Position numbers and translations under genes: made by a program. A model generated the notes under the pieces. That model was not told where the DNA came from, ran no database searches, and was given only the letters and a program-made list of their open reading frames with translations. 64,000 nucleotides of DNA from Eledone cirrhosa (taxonomy: Eukaryota). This document shows positions 26,099-42,000 of the stretch, one piece after another; the first letter of the stretch is position 1; each line of letters opens with the position of its first letter. The stretch covers positions 25,668,001 through 25,732,000 of the forward strand of contig OZ024746.1 of NCBI GenBank assembly GCA_964016885.1. Reading direction: 5' to 3'.

Positions 26099-26949
26099 GG
26101 AAGTATGTTTGGAATTGAAATAGAAGCTTTGCGGTAACATTCTGACTAAATAATATACTCTAATAATGAGGCGTATAAACCGAAAAAGAAAGAAGAAGGG
26201 TATCTCCATTCATCTTTTTCTGTTCAGTGGGTTTATATGCCCCATTATTAGACTATACTATTTAGTCAAAATGCTATGGTGAAGCTTCTAATTCTATTTC
26301 AATTCCATATATATGTATATGAGTTTAATGAGAAAGCACAAAATAAAAGATAAGTGTTTTGAGTGGTGCAAATATTGATTATATAAACTACTCATGCATA
26401 AATATACAGTGCAAGATCAATACACAATAAACAAATCAATCATGGAAACAAAAAAAATATATCAGATACAAACCTAATGCAGTTATTAAATGTTAATGTA
26501 CACACACAAACAGTATAAAGTGACAACAAAACACATTTTAGTATGTATATGGTTAAACACACAAGATTAGTAACTAACAAGTTAAGATTTTGTCACTCAA
26601 CTACTGATATAGGTTATAAACTGGATTAAGTGAAGTTCAATAACAAAACATAAGTGTCAGGGTGTTATTCAAGAATATTGGTTAAATTGATATAAATCAA
26701 TTAAGTGATTAAATTGAAATAGCTATCATTTGGAAGTATTTGTAAAGATGTCATGACGTTATACCTTCCCCTCTCCCATCCAATAAAATCTGATTGATCA
26801 CAGTGTAGATTATAAAGGTATTTCATAATGGATGTTGTTACAATCTAATACAGTGACTAACCAGTTTCATCTCATGGCAGTCTGATGATTCTCCAATTAG
26901 ATGAAACTAGCCAGTTGCTGTGAAGAATTGTACCTTCAATTCCCTCTTA

Positions 26950-27003
<54 letters not shown>

Positions 27004-30000
27004 TCATCATTGTGTTTATGGTTGTTTTTCCATGTTGACATATATCTATCATCATCATCATCTTCATCATTTAACGTCAAGTCTTCCCTGCTTGCAAGGT
27101 TTGGACAGGTCATCACAGACCAAGTCAGTACTTAGCTAAAGTCACTGAGCTCTCAGACAGGTCAGAGACAGGATCTTGCTTACATATGTTCTTGTACTCT
27201 ACAGAGTTTACTGCATTTTATTGTGGCACCAATAGGATGTCATGTCTTTGACACAACTGTAGACTGCACTCAATCCTTTGTTTAGCATGGTTTCTATGGT
27301 TGGATGCCCTTCCCATCACCAACCACTTTACAGTGTACTGGATGTGTTATATTGTGGCATCAACACTATCGAGAGAGCTGGAAGGATGGATGTTAAAAGA
27401 CAGCTGGAAGGATGGATGTTGATATACATATCATCCTCATCACCATCATTAACATTTAATGTCCATTCTTCCTGCCAGCAAAAGTGTACACACACACACA
27501 CACACACACACACAGATATTTAAATCATACCAAATTATTAAAAAATGATGCTTTATAAAATTGTACAAAATCGAAAAATTTGTAAAATTCTATCTGTATT
27601 GAGTTTAGCAACATATCAATTTATGCAGCAACTGTAACATGTTGATAAAATATTTACTGTAAAAAATATTAAAAAAAATAACAAACTTAGCAATGAAAGG
27701 CAGGGTAAACCCATAACCATAGATAAAATTGTAGAGAAAATAATGGAAGCAAATTCTTACTTTGAACAATTCCATATCAAGAAAACATAAAGACACAAGG
27801 ATGAGACATTAAAAAATAATTATGAAATGATGAAGATGGAATACAGTGATACAAATTATTCAAAACTATGGCATATTCTGAAGGATTACTGGAATATATA
27901 TTCCAGAGTGAAGTATTCTGAAGGATTGCAGGAATATATATTCCAGAGTGAGGTATTCTGAAGGATTACAGGAATATATATTCCAAACCGAGGTAGAGAA
28001 CTAAATTCAAATGTATTTTCTTTTTAAATGAATTGATTTTAGATGTAACTTTGTAAAACTTTGTGGTTTTTCAAAAAAACCAAAAAAAAACCTGTTTAGT
28101 GGTAAAATTGTTGCCCATAAAATTAAAGTGTAAAAAATTAACATATTGCCTTAACCCCTTTAATAACAGCTCCCCTGAAACTATGATACAATCTATGATA
28201 CAAAACTGTTTTTTTAAAGGATTAAAAATGACAGCCTTATTCCTATTACCAAACAACTGACTAATTTTATTATTTCTAATAACTATATCAAAATATATAT
28301 GCATGTTTAATTATATATACATATATTTCTAATAACAATATTAAAATATATGATATACATATATAGGTGTGTATGTATGTGTATTTCAGAAATGAGACTA
28401 ACAAGAGAGTTATACTATAGAAGCAATGCCAATGATAACAGTTTGCTGGCTGCTATGATAAGTTATTATCATGCATTTGAAAGCAAACCATACCATAAGG
28501 TACATGTATGCACAGTGACATAGAAGTGGACTTAAAACAGAAACAGTTGATGGCTAAGTGAAGTAATTAGAGCAGCAGATTAATTACATAAGCCAGACAT
28601 GAACAACTAACAGACAAATATAGTAGAGTAAATACTTTGGAGCATTAAATAACAGTAATTTCGCAGTGAAACTATATCACTGTAAAGTCTCATTTAGAGG
28701 TACATATAGGAAGACCCTGTGATCATAAACTGAAACTCTGGGACAACATCTAAAGATTGTTGAAAATTTAAAAAATTTTGGAACTTTGTTAGACAGCCCA
28801 GAATAAATATATCAACAAAAGAAAGACAATTGTATGACAAGTATGTTATAAACTATCAAACATATGGAAGTCACCCCCGAGGAAGAGTATTAATATTAGA
28901 CTCTTTTTACCAATGGTTGAATCTATTTTGTTTATGAAAGTGAGATATAGACACTGACATAAAGGTTTGAAAATCAGGTAGATGGAATGTACCCCTGCAT
29001 GTTACGGATGGTTCTTAACATCACTTGGGCAAGCCACACCACCAATACAGAATTTTATGATGGTCTGCCAAAGTTAACTGAAAAGATAGCTCAGTAAAGA
29101 GTGTGATTGGCAGGTTTCTGTGTGAGACATCCTGAAGAAATGACCTCAAATCTGGTGCTATGACAACCAATACATTGGTGGATTTCAATTATTGGAGAGA
29201 GACAAACCATAAACTTTATTGACATACTTCAAAAAGAGACTAGACTGAAGGCTGTATCATAAATACGAACAGTGATGGTGGAGGGAGATATTTGTATGAG
29301 TTTCTTTCCCTGGTTCAATCAGAAGATTGGCTAAGATGAGGATAAGATGATATTTAGAGTTATTTAAATATAGTGTTTTATTAGTAGGTTGTTATGTTAA
29401 AGGTGAAATAAGCTGAGTTTAGAGCAAGGTTAGGAACTGCTGTCAACATAAAAGACAGGGATCAACCACCATAACAGTAAAAACTGATCCTAAGGTCAGT
29501 ATATGTGATGGAAATGTAAAGAAACCTGTCACAATGTGAATAATATTTACAATATAATATAACTGAAAGTTTGTTTAACCCTTTTGATACCAAACTGCCA
29601 AAAACCACCTCTGGTTCTGTGATATGAAACTGTTTATTTTAAAGTGTGTATATTTATCTAAAAACATTCCGATATAATTTATATAAGAACCTTTGTTATG
29701 AACCAAACACCAAGCTAATAAGGAGAAAGATAGTTATATTATTAAATTCTCCAAATTTATTGATTATTTTCAAAATTATTTCAAAATCATCACAGGCAGT
29801 GTCTTTTATTAGAAATATTGTAACAAAAGGCTTGAAATGTTTAAAGCTATCTAAAAAAAAATTCCATTATAATTTTATAGAGGAAGCTATAAGTTATGTT
29901 CCAAATACCATCTTAGTAATAAGAAAATTAATTACATTACTAAACCCCTCCAAATGTTTGATTATTTTCAAAATGACTTGAAAACTACAGACAGTGTCTT

Positions 30001-33000
30001 TCATTAGAGATATGGTAATGAAAGGGTTAAATAAGTCAACAATGTATAGGAACAAATTTATAACAGATTAACATCACTTAATGAAAACAATGAACAATAT
30101 GAGATGTTTCAAAGAATATGTACTAAGTACTAAGAAGAAAGGAAGATAGAGTGGAAATTGATATTCAGTTAAAAGGGAAAGGAAAGGCGCCAATCATCAG
30201 ATCAGACTAAGGAAACAATGTTGCTATTGGTCTTTCTATTATTGCTAATAGTATGTGCCAGACAACTCCTGGAAGGAGGAGGCAGGATTTGAACTTAGAA
30301 TGCATAAGGTCAGAGCAGATACCGCAAAATATCTCATCCAACTTTTTAACAATTCCGCCAATCCACTGTTCATATTTTGGTAGTAGTGCTTTTGGTAGTG
30401 GTGGTGGTGTTGGTGGTAGTGATGATGTTATTGTGTTGGTGTCAGTGGTGTTGGTATTAGTGGTGGTGATAGTGGTGGTGTTAGTGCAGGTGTTGGAGGT
30501 AGTGGTGATGGTGATAGTGGTGTGGGTGGTATTGGTGTTGGTGGTAGTGTTGATGGTGATGTTGATGTTCTTAGTGATGGTGGTAGTGTTAATGATGATA
30601 TAGTTAGGGGTGTTGGTTTTCATTTTAGTGTTGATGGTGGTGTTGGTGTTGGTGGTAGTGTTGATGGTGATATAAGTGGTGGTGTTAGTGTTGGTGATAG
30701 TGTTGATGGTGATTTTGTTGAGTGGTGGTATTGGTGGTAGTGTTGATAGTGAATTTTTGTGGGAGTGTTGGCAGTGAAATAGGTGGGCGTGGTGGTAGTG
30801 TTGATGGTGATTATTGTGGGAGTGTTGGCAGTGAAATAGGTGGGCGTGGTGGTAGTGTTGGAGGTGGTAGTGTTAGAGGTGGTAGTAGTGGTAGTGGTGG
30901 TATTGTTGATGATGGGAGTGTTGGTGGTGTTTTCATAGTAGGGATAAATATTCTTCAACTTCTCATATTTTGTAAATGAACAAAACTAAATGCTGAAATC
31001 AGAAAAAATACGGAAAAAAAAAATGGATAAAAATACTAAACAGAAACAGTAATAAAAGAATTGTCACTGTACATACACTGTACATGCATGCAAAGAGAGG
31101 GTAAGCCAGGAATATATATAGAAAGAATCAAAAACTTGTCATTTGTTTTACCTTCTAATTGATCGCCTGAAAACATTAGAAATAACAAGTTGGGTTAAAT
31201 AAATGACATGAGAAATTTCCAGTATTCACAGACGAGGACATTCTAATTACTTTATATTAACAGATGATGTACAGTAAAAATTTTTACAGCATTGATGACT
31301 CACATGAAAAACTTTGAGCAATATTGTTGTGTAGAAGTTACAGAACAAGCTAGATGATGTAACAATATCACTGCTTAACAGACTATTATCAATATATTTA
31401 TACATAAAGCAAACACATCATGGAAGAGCCATAAAAAAAAAAATGCTATATTCATTGTGGAACATTCATTTTAGCAATTCAAAAACAGTTAAATTCACTT
31501 TACATTTATTAATTATTTTTTTATGTCAAAATTTTCACTGCACTGTTTACGGAAGTGTGTCAGTGATCAGGTTGCAAGTAGTGCAATGAAAATTTTGACA
31601 CCAGGAAATATATGATAAATGTAAAGTGAATTTAAGAATTTTGTGGGTTTTTTTTTTTAATGGCTAAAATAACTGTTTCATAATGTAATTGCATTAGTTT
31701 CAATACATGGTTTCAAACAAATACAACTCCGAAAGTGTTCTCTTTTCTTTTATTTTGTGATGTTAAAAATTTCCATCATACAATCTGGTAATTGGCACAG
31801 TTGCACGTCTAGAGTAGCAGTGAAGCTGTATCAGTGATCAGGTAGCAAAGAGTGTGACAAAATTGTTGACACTATGAAATAAATCTAAAGTAAATATGCA
31901 TAAGAGGTGTAGTGGAATGATAGGCAGGCTAAGAGAGAAGGAAGACTTCCTATATAACAGATACACTGGAGTAGTTAGTAGCAAGTGTACATGTGATATA
32001 GATTCTTTTGAATGCTGGGAAGGCTCCATAGAAATAATTAATATACTTTGTTAACTCAGCAATGGGAGATGGGGGGGGGGGGAATAATAACTGGAGTAGG
32101 AACAGGGGGTTAAAGGCTTATGGGGCTATTAACTCTGCTAGGATCAAATAGATTCTCTCATTAAGGAAATAGTAGATTGTATGATACTTGTGTACAAAGT
32201 GAGATGTTGCATGGTTGCAAAACATGAGCATTGAAAGCTAGAAAGAAACAAGGTGAGCTAGATGTATAATGTAGTCTATATAATTGATGGAGCATAAATG
32301 AGCTGGGAGAAGAACTGAGTATAAGAGGAATCAGATGTTGTGTGCAAGAGAAAAGACTGCACTGGTACAGGCATGTAGTGCATGTGAATAAAGACAGATA
32401 TTTGGGTGAAAAAGTGACAAGCAATCCAAGTGGAAGAAAGATGTGGTAGAGGTAGGCTGAGAAAGACATGGACTGAGGTGGTAAAAGTTGATCTCAGGAT
32501 GCTGAACCACAACATCACAAAGATGATGATGAATGATCGCGATAAATGGCGAGATACTATGCTGGCAAGGACCACCAACTCATGCAAGCATGAAAAAATC
32601 AGATGTAAAATTGATGAGTTGCTGAAAACTAGGACATTAGAATTGTGTTGGAGCCACATTCTTGATAGTACCATCTATTAATTCCCTCAGTAGTTGTGCT
32701 TCGTGGGATAAAAATGATATTTTCTACATAAAGCAGACTTTGCAAGTGAGAGGTGCCAACCACTTAAACTAACCAATCCGTTTCAGTAACTGAGCCTAAA
32801 ATTAGATATAGATAGCCTTTTATATTTTGGAAGAAGATAGTATGAGAGCCATTAATACATCTTTGTTAAATTATAACATAGTATTCTGGTAATTAAACAC
32901 CATTATAATATATAACTTATTAAAAGAAACATTTAGTATTGTATACCAGTCAAATGATATATCATCCTTCTTTTCCTATTGTTTTATAGAATAACTTTTT

Positions 33001-36000
33001 GCTAGCAATTTTTATGCACACATTCATATGTTTGCATGTGTAATGAATCAAGTGAATTTGATAAGATGCTTTAATTTTTTCTTATTTTGAACTGTGATAT
33101 CAATGACACACATTACTTCAATGAAATTATGTATGATTTTACAAATATATGTCAGAATAATTCTTATTCTTTTGAGAGAGAGAGAGAGATATGAATAATA
33201 CACCCAGCTTTCACCAAATTTGAACTTTCACACAGATGATGATGGAGGAATAATCCTTTTCATAAATACAACAGAATACTGACTGGATTTGAACTCTCAC
33301 CCTTTGTGTTACAATAAATGATTACATCTACACCAACATGACAAAAAGTGATTTACTCAATTGAAACTTTTGATACGAAACTGAACTGCCTGAAACTAAC
33401 TTTGGTTTTATGATACAAAAGTATTAATTTTAAAGTGTTTGAAAACTGTAGACAATGCCTTTTGTTTGAAATATGGTCACAAAAGGGTTAAACACTAGGA
33501 AAAGTTGGATGATACACAATGCAACTGATACAAAAATCAAAATGCTATTAACAGCAGATGAAAAATTAGACCACATTCTGGATCAGGAATTCAAAGTACG
33601 AAGATATTTTGACTACAAACAGTTTTTAGCCAGAGATACTGATTTTACCTATACCTCACCACTTTCATTAGTGACTGGTAGTGGGACTTGGTTATGCAGT
33701 AGAATGATTCTACATTATAGAGGTGTTATTGATTTTACCAATACCTTACCATTTGATTAGTGATTTGTAGAGGGACCTGGTTGTGAAGGAACTAATTCTA
33801 CAGCTCAAGAGGTATTGATTTTACCAATATCTCACCACTTTGATTGGTGTTTAGTAGTGGGATCTGATTATGAAGTAGAATAATTCTACAGCACAGGAGG
33901 TATTGATTTCACCAACACCAAGTAATACCTTGCCACTTTCAATGAACTTATTTGGTAAAAATCATTTAAAAAACAACAAAAAAACAACAATAAAATATGG
34001 AAGTAAATTCAAAATATGTTGAGAAATAGTTACAACTGTTTTTAAAGAAGAAAATTCTTGGAGAGAGATAATAATAATAATAACCCAACCTCTCCTCAAA
34101 TACTATCTAAACATCTTTCAGGTGAAAATATTTGCTGATTATCAAATAGATAATTAAGCAGAGTAGAAGACAAGTTAAATGAAGATAAAATAAAAATAAA
34201 AATAGATTCTCATTGAAAATTCCACAATAATTTCCCTTCTACAAAACTAGCCTAAAACCATCTCTGGTTCTATGATACAAAACTGTGTATTTTAAAAAAC
34301 TCTTCCAAATGTAAGAACCTTTGCTAAGTTATGTTCCAAACACTAACTGAATAATGAGGAGGTTAGCTATATTACTAAATCCTTCCTAATTCATTTTCAA
34401 AATTATTTGAAAATCACAGGCAGATATTTCATTTGAAATCTGGTAACAAAACGGTTAAAGTCTGTATATTTATCTAAAACTCTCCCATCATAATTCTATT
34501 TAGGAACCTTTATTAAGTTATGTTCCGAATACCAACTTCACCTTTTTGATACCAACTCTGCAGAAACCAGCCATGGTTTTCTAAAAACTTTCCATTATAT
34601 TCTTATGTAAGAACCTTTGTTAAGTTATGTTCCAAACATCATCTTAATATTGAGAAAGTTAGTTATATTACAAAATCCCTCTAAATTCTTGGATTATTTT
34701 CAAAATAATTTGAAAATAATAGACAGTCTTTCATTAGAAATATGGTAATGAAAGGATTGAATTTATAACTATTTAATACATAGCTTTATTTAACATCCTT
34801 CATTTAATAACTATTTTGACATTTCTTGGCGAAGAATGTTTAAGTGGAGGAAAATAATACAATAAATACTTTTGTAGCTATATATTAAAAATAAAAAAAA
34901 TTTGAAGAAAATTAATTTAATTTGACATACCTGCTTTATACTGTGCTGAACCATATGCATAGGTTGGATTGGGTCTGGATTGAAATGAAAGAACATTATA
35001 TATATTGATTTATATCAGATCACGTCTGCAGGGAAATTATATTATGTATGTATAGACTTGTAACTCCTGATAGAATCAAAAAGGCACATTTTTTAAAAAC
35101 TTGACTGAACCCATCCACTTTCCTAATCTGAACACAGCCGATTTCTTCCAGAGAAGGAGAGAGAGAGAGTAATAGAGAGGAAGACACTCATGCTTCCCGA
35201 AATACGCCAAAACTACACCTGATGTACCCCTTCCATGCACATGCACACGTGTGTATCCTGACTCGTGCACTGTTCATTTTACTGATGTTTATGCATTGCC
35301 CTATGTACTGTACATGCACTTTTTTGATGAGTTGTGGTGCACCTGGGCACTGTACACAATATTTCATTATTGTTATTGTTATTATATCATGACTCTTACA
35401 CTGTTCATTTTCCTGACATTTGTACATTATTCTATGTACTATACATGCACCTTTGATGAGTTGTAGTGCACCTGAGCACTGTACACAATAATTTCATTAT
35501 TATTATTATAACTATGAAAGAGATATAGAAGAAGAAACGACCCTATTATTCAACTGGTATTTTTTTTATTGACCTTGAAAGGCTGAAAGGTAAAGTTGAT
35601 GTTGGCAGATTTTGGACCCAGAACACAGAGCTGGAATGAATACTTTAAAGCATTCTATCTGATGTTCTAATGCCTCTGCCAATTTGCTGACTCAAATGAT
35701 ATTTAAATATTATAGTACATATTAACATTTGTGGTAAAATGAAAATGTGTGTGTGTTTGTGTATATTAACTATTATATACAGAACTGATAGAAAAAAATC
35801 AGTTAAAACATATTAATGATTTCTTACATAGGGGCAATAATAGACACTTGCCTCTCCCAGTATTTAACTGGTACTTATTTTATCAATCCCATAAGGATTA
35901 AAGGCAAAGTTGATCACAGCAGGATTTGGACTCAGTACCTAACGAGCTGCAACTAAATGCCACAAAGCAGTAAATTGAAATAGGCAATATATTGGCAGAA

Positions 36001-39000
36001 TTATTACAGCATTAGATTAAATGCTGTAATAATTGTGTTTGTTCTGGTTTTCCATGTGTTGAATTCAAATCCTATCAAGGTCAATTTTGCCTTTCATTTT
36101 TTCGGGATTGATAAATAAAGTACCAGTTTAGGGTGATGGATTGGCAAGATTTTTAGAGTGTTGGATGGGATGTCCTGTGCTATCTGTACCAGTTGTGTTG
36201 TGCCCCTTCCATACACATGCACACATGTGTGCACTGTTCATTTTACTGATGTTTGTGCATTGCCCTATGTACTGTACATGCACTTTTTTGATGGGTTGTG
36301 GTGCACCTGGGCACTGTGCACAATATTTCATTATTGTTATTGTTATTATATCATGACTCATACACTGTTTATTTTCCTGACATTTGTACATTATTCTATG
36401 TACTATACATGCACCTTTGATGAGTTGTAGTGCACCTGAGCACTGTACACAATAATTTCATTATTATTATTCTGAGTTCAAAGACCCTCTCATGTCACCT
36501 GAAAAATGATGAAATGATAGGACTGGAGCCCCTGTCATTAAAATACCCAAGACACCACCTGTAAAGTTAAACAAACCTGCACAGGTTTCAGCTGTAACAA
36601 CATGATAAGACTGGGGACTCCCAATCATTAAAACCTGAAAAACCTCCTGTGAGATACAAGTGTGTGTAAGGCCAGATAAACTTGCACAGGTGTGAGCTGT
36701 AATAAGATGATATGACTAGGGCCCCTATCATTAAAGCACTCAAGAAACATCCTATGTAATGCAACTTCATGTAAGGCCGGATAAACCTGCATCGGTGTGA
36801 ACTGTAATAACATTTTGTCCACCTAGCTACCAAATCCACCAACAATGATAATAACATGAAATGATAATAACTATGAATACAGCCATTTCTCATTTGGTCA
36901 GTAAGCAAATTTCTTACTAAGCAATCAGGTTCTGTTCCATTGACCTAGTTGTTTAAGTAAATTGGTCAGTAAATGAACTCCTCACTTAACAGCCAGGTTC
37001 TGTCCCACTGACCTGGCTGTATATTGAATTGGTCAATAAAAAAACTCCTTACATAACAATCAGGTTCTGTTTTACTGACCTGGTTATAAAATATCCTTAG
37101 ATATTGTTTTAATGTCACCTGACAGGTGATAATGACTCGATGACAGTATGAAATGTTACCAAGTGTTACTTTTATATTAAATCAATTATTTAAATAAAGA
37201 TATTCATAAAGGTCTAATGGAAACACTATCTTAGCAACTGTAAATTTGGTTTATTTTGCAAAGCACTTACAAACCATGAAACAAGATGGTCATTAAACAA
37301 GCTAGTCATTAAACAAGATTGTTGTTAAACAAAATGGTCAATAACTGATGAGTGGCTGTATTAAAAAAATATTTGAAAAGAGAAAATAAAATGTACTTGA
37401 AGCAGTTTTCATTATATATACTGTTCCAGATCCGATGGGGGGAGTGTCCTTTGTAACCTGTGTATCTCTCTGGATTTAAAAGGAGATCCACATATTCCAT
37501 TTCAGTTGATAATTCATCTACATTAAATAAAACATAATTGAATATATGATATGATGATAAAAGTGAAGGCATGTGGCTTAGTGGTTAGGGCGTTTGGCTT
37601 ATGATCATGAGGATTACGTGTTCCATTCCTGGCAGTACATTGTATCCTTGAGCAAGATACTTTATTTCATATTTCTCCAATCCATTCAGCTGGAAAAAAA
37701 ATGAGTTGTACCTGTAATTCAAAGAGTCATCCTTATCACTCTCTCATGCTGAATCTCCCTGAGAATTACTTTAAGGGTACATGTGGAATGTTCAACCACT
37801 TACATGTTAATTTCATAAGTAAGCTGTCTTCTTGATCAAACAACTGGAACACTCACCATCAAAACTGATGGATGGCCATTCCATTCTTTATTTGTCTATA
37901 TTTGATGAACAATTTTAAACTATTTTAGACATCAATCATCATCTTGTAACTGGTGTAGCCATTTGTTGTTAGAACTGATGGAAGTCCAACAACAATGATA
38001 TGATTACTAAATAATATTTGATATGAGACACATTTCATGATAATCCACCAACATTAAATAGAAGATAATTAAATATGTGATATTGTGATATATGAATATC
38101 ATGATTCGATAATATTTAACCCATTTCATGAAAAAAATACAGAAAACTGATGATATAAATTAAACATAAATCCATCATCATTTTACATCTGTTTTCCATG
38201 CTAGCATGGGTTTGATGGGTCATCATGATCTGAATCTAGAGAGGTTAGGAACCAGATTTTTGCTCATGTTTTATTTTTGGCAACGTTTCTACAATTGGGT
38301 GCCCTTTTTAATGCCAGCCACTTTTACAGAGTGTAGTGGGTGCATCAACAGTATTTTAATTAATAATTAAACATATTAGTTAATTAATAAGACATCAAAC
38401 AATAGGTTGAGAAGACCTTTCAGCTGATCCAAAGACATAACAATCTCCATAGTGTCAGTGTCACAATAAATGAAACCTATTATAGGCAGAAGTGGTGAGA
38501 GCAGACCTCAGATCACTGAAGCTCACGGTGGAGATGACGAAGGACCGTGACAAGTGGAAAGATGCTGTGCTGAATAGGACCCGTCCCACCCTTGCAAGCA
38601 TGGAAAAGTGGACGTAAAATGATGATGATGATGATGATATACTCTGTATAGAAATTGGTGATATGAGAGGCATCCAGCTAATTGATACCATGCCAACAAA
38701 GAGTTCAGAAGACTTTTCAACTGTGTCAAGGACACACAAATCTCTTCAGTGTCAGTGCCACAATATAATACACCTAGTATACTCTGTAAAGTGGTTCATT
38801 ATAAGAAACAATGCCAAAACCAGAAAGTATGGGAAATGTAGCCCTTGGCCCATCAAGGAGGACAGTAGCTTTGATTAAATACTAACGTGGTTTTTAACAA
38901 ACTGTCCAACCCATGCTTACATAGAAAAATGGACATTAAATGATGACGACGATGATGATCAAGTAATAATTAGAAATAGACTATGATAGTTACCATCAAT

Positions 39001-42000
39001 TTCACAGAAAGTCATCTGTGCATCATCAAACACTGACCAACTCTGGAAAGCCTGTTTACTTTCATCGCTGAAATTATATCAAAACATGCAACCATAAACA
39101 TGAGAATAAGTTAACTCTTTAACTTTTGTGTTACCATATTTCTAATGAAAGGCACTGTCTATGATTTTCAAATAATTTTAAAGACAACCAAGAATTAGGA
39201 GTGATTTTGTAGTATAAGTAATTTTCTCATTATTAACCCTTTTGTTACTATATTTATAATGAAAGGACACTTTCTATGGCTTTGAAATAATCATAAACAC
39301 TTTAAAACAAACAGTTTCATAGAACCAGTAGCTTGATTTAGGGCAGTTTGGTACCAAAAGAGTTAAAGTAGTGATTCTGAACATGAGGGGTGCATGTCCC
39401 ACAGGGAATCAATTCAAATATATTTGGAATTAATTTTTAAAAATTATAATTTACCTGATGGTTTTATCTAAAGCAGCTAATTTAATTTTTTCCTCACAGG
39501 AATGTTCTGTATTGGCTTTTTCAGAATACTGTTTATGGGGAAGAAAACGAAAAAAAAAAAAACAAGTTTATTTCTTTTTAATATCTATTATCATTATTAT
39601 TATTATCTTATGTTTGCATTCCATGCTAGCATGGGTTGGATGGCTTGTAACATTCTGAGACTAGACTGCATGGAGATACTGCATCTGGCTCACACATTCC
39701 ATATTTGGCATGGTGTATTTTACTGTCACATCACAATATATTGAAATGTGTATTGAAGTTTGTACCAAAGTGTGTATTGTAATATGTATTGAAATCTTAA
39801 TTTTAAAAATGTCTTTCAAAATGAAAAGATGTTAATGTAATAATGTCAACAACAATAACAAGAAAGCAATCAATACACCATATATACTGACCCAGTATAT
39901 ATGGGTTCACATATACCTTTATTCTGAACCATCCTGTGTTAGTATTACTACTAATTAATCACACAAAATGTTTGATGTAAACAGAATAAGGAAATATTCT
40001 AATAATGGTTTCTAATTTAGGCACAAGGCTAGCAATTTTTTGGGGGAAAGGAAAGTTGTTATCAATTGCCATACTTGACTGGTACTTTTTATTATCGACT
40101 CTCTGGAAGGATAAGAGGTAAAGTTAATCTTAGTGGGATTTGACTCAGCTAAACCACTGACATAAATGATTTCTAACTTATGCATAAGGTCAGATGCAGA
40201 TATGAGAAGTACAAAGTCAATTAAATTGACCCCAATATGTGACTGATACTTTATTTTATCGACCTCAGAAGGATGACAGGCAAAGTTGACCTTGATGGAA
40301 TTTGAACCCAAAATGTAAAAAACAAGAACAAATACTGCTATGCATTTGTCTGATGCTCTAACAACTCTGCCAATTCACCAGCCTCAGAATATTCTAATAA
40401 TGGTTTCTGATTTAGGTACAAGGCCAGCAATTTGAAGGGAAGGGGAAAGTCGATTACATTGATTCCAGTATATGACTGGTACTTTATTTTATCAACCCCT
40501 AAAGGATGAAAAGCAAAGCTAACCTTGGCGGGATTTGAACTCAGAACATAAAAAGCCGCAACTATATGCTGCAAAGCATGTTGCCCAACACTACTTATAC
40601 TATCAATAATACAAACCTTATTTTCTTTAACATCCTCTTTCTTATTTTCCTTTAAACCAATAGGAATTTCTTCCTTTGAAAAAAAAACGAAAAGAAAAAA
40701 ACATTATACTTTAATATAAAATTTATAAAATTAATTATTTTGATTATCTTCAACCTTACAAAGAAAACGTTCTGTACCACATGAAACCACATTAGCAAGA
40801 TATTCGTTAAAAGTACAAAACAACACTATGACTATATCATATTGAAAATTAAATCCTTTACCCTAATACAGCAAATTTTCACAAAGATCTGTTTACTAGT
40901 AAAGATACTATAAACATTTTAATTAACAAATCTATTTTTAGTTATTTTCTGCTAAATCATTACATGTTCATGACAATCTGTCCACTAGTAAAATTTTTTA
41001 AACATTTAAATTGACAAATCTATTTTTAGACATTTTCTGCTAAATTATTATAGGGTGTTAGGAGTTAAACATGCTGAATATTACACTGATTAGGAACATA
41101 CTGGAACATTTAATAAATGTCATCTGACTAATTACCAAGCACTACTAATTGACCATTTCCTTTTTGTGCATGTTGCCATTGAGACCTCTTGAACCCTCAG
41201 TTCACATACTTCTGTTTTATGCCTTCAAATCAGAATGAAGGCATCATATCTGAGGAATGGGAGTGGTATGGCTGATGCAGTGAGTATCTCTATGACAGTG
41301 CTTTCACCATCTTTTCCATGGGCCACAGTTGATACATACAGTCTAGCAAAGGATGTAGAGTTCACCCCTTTTGCATTTCTCTTTTTCTTAGTGTCATCAT
41401 GTATCTTGCATGAAATGAAAATATAACTTCATATTGTTGTTGTCATTATCATTGCTTTATGTCCATTTTCAACGCTGGCATGGGTTGGATGGGTTGTCAT
41501 GGCATGAGATTAGATGGATCAGAGAACTATATCTTGCTCATACACTCTATATTTGCCATGGTTTCTATGGCTGGATGCTCTTCTTAACGTCAACCTCTTT
41601 ACAGAGTGTACTGAGTGCACGTTATTATGGCTCAAGCACCACCACTTTACAGAATGTATTGGGTGCATTTTATCATGCCTCAAGGACCACCACGTTACAG
41701 AGTGTACTGAGTGCATTTTACCATGTTAAGAGTTCTAGCACATTACAGAGTGTACTAAGTGCATATTATTATTAACATTACAGAAGTTTTCAAGTCCCTC
41801 ACAGGATCAAAGAGTTTTGTCACCATTTGCTGGATGGGTACTGAGTGAGTTCCATCATGGTACTAATACTAGTGAGATTCTTTCATCCACTGCAGGCTAA
41901 AAGGGACCACTACACTCCTTACAATCCCTGATCTCTCACCACATTTACTATTAGCATCACAGTACTAGTGCTAATGGGTGGGTTTTTTCAAGTATGGCGA

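Noticed and set aside
26765-26789. Possible extra ERO1 mini-exon (cag|ATTTTATTGGATGGGAGAGGGGAAG|gtataa)
   Set aside because: 25 nt causes a frameshift and the acceptor is weak.
30207-30979. Thr-, Val- and Gly-rich ORFs (mucin-like)
   Set aside because: Degenerate trinucleotide tract inside an ERO1 intron, with no splice or ATG support.
33640-33945. Tandem duplicated or mutually exclusive ERO1 exons (a minus-strand unit reads ag|..ESFY.. with gtgag/gtaaaa)
   Set aside because: There is no polypyrimidine tract, the candidate lengths (50/55/61 nt) break the frame, and the units are not conserved at the protein level.
37567-37640. tRNA gene
   Set aside because: A/B-box-like motifs are present, but there is no cloverleaf and the sequence continues into a multicopy SINE body.
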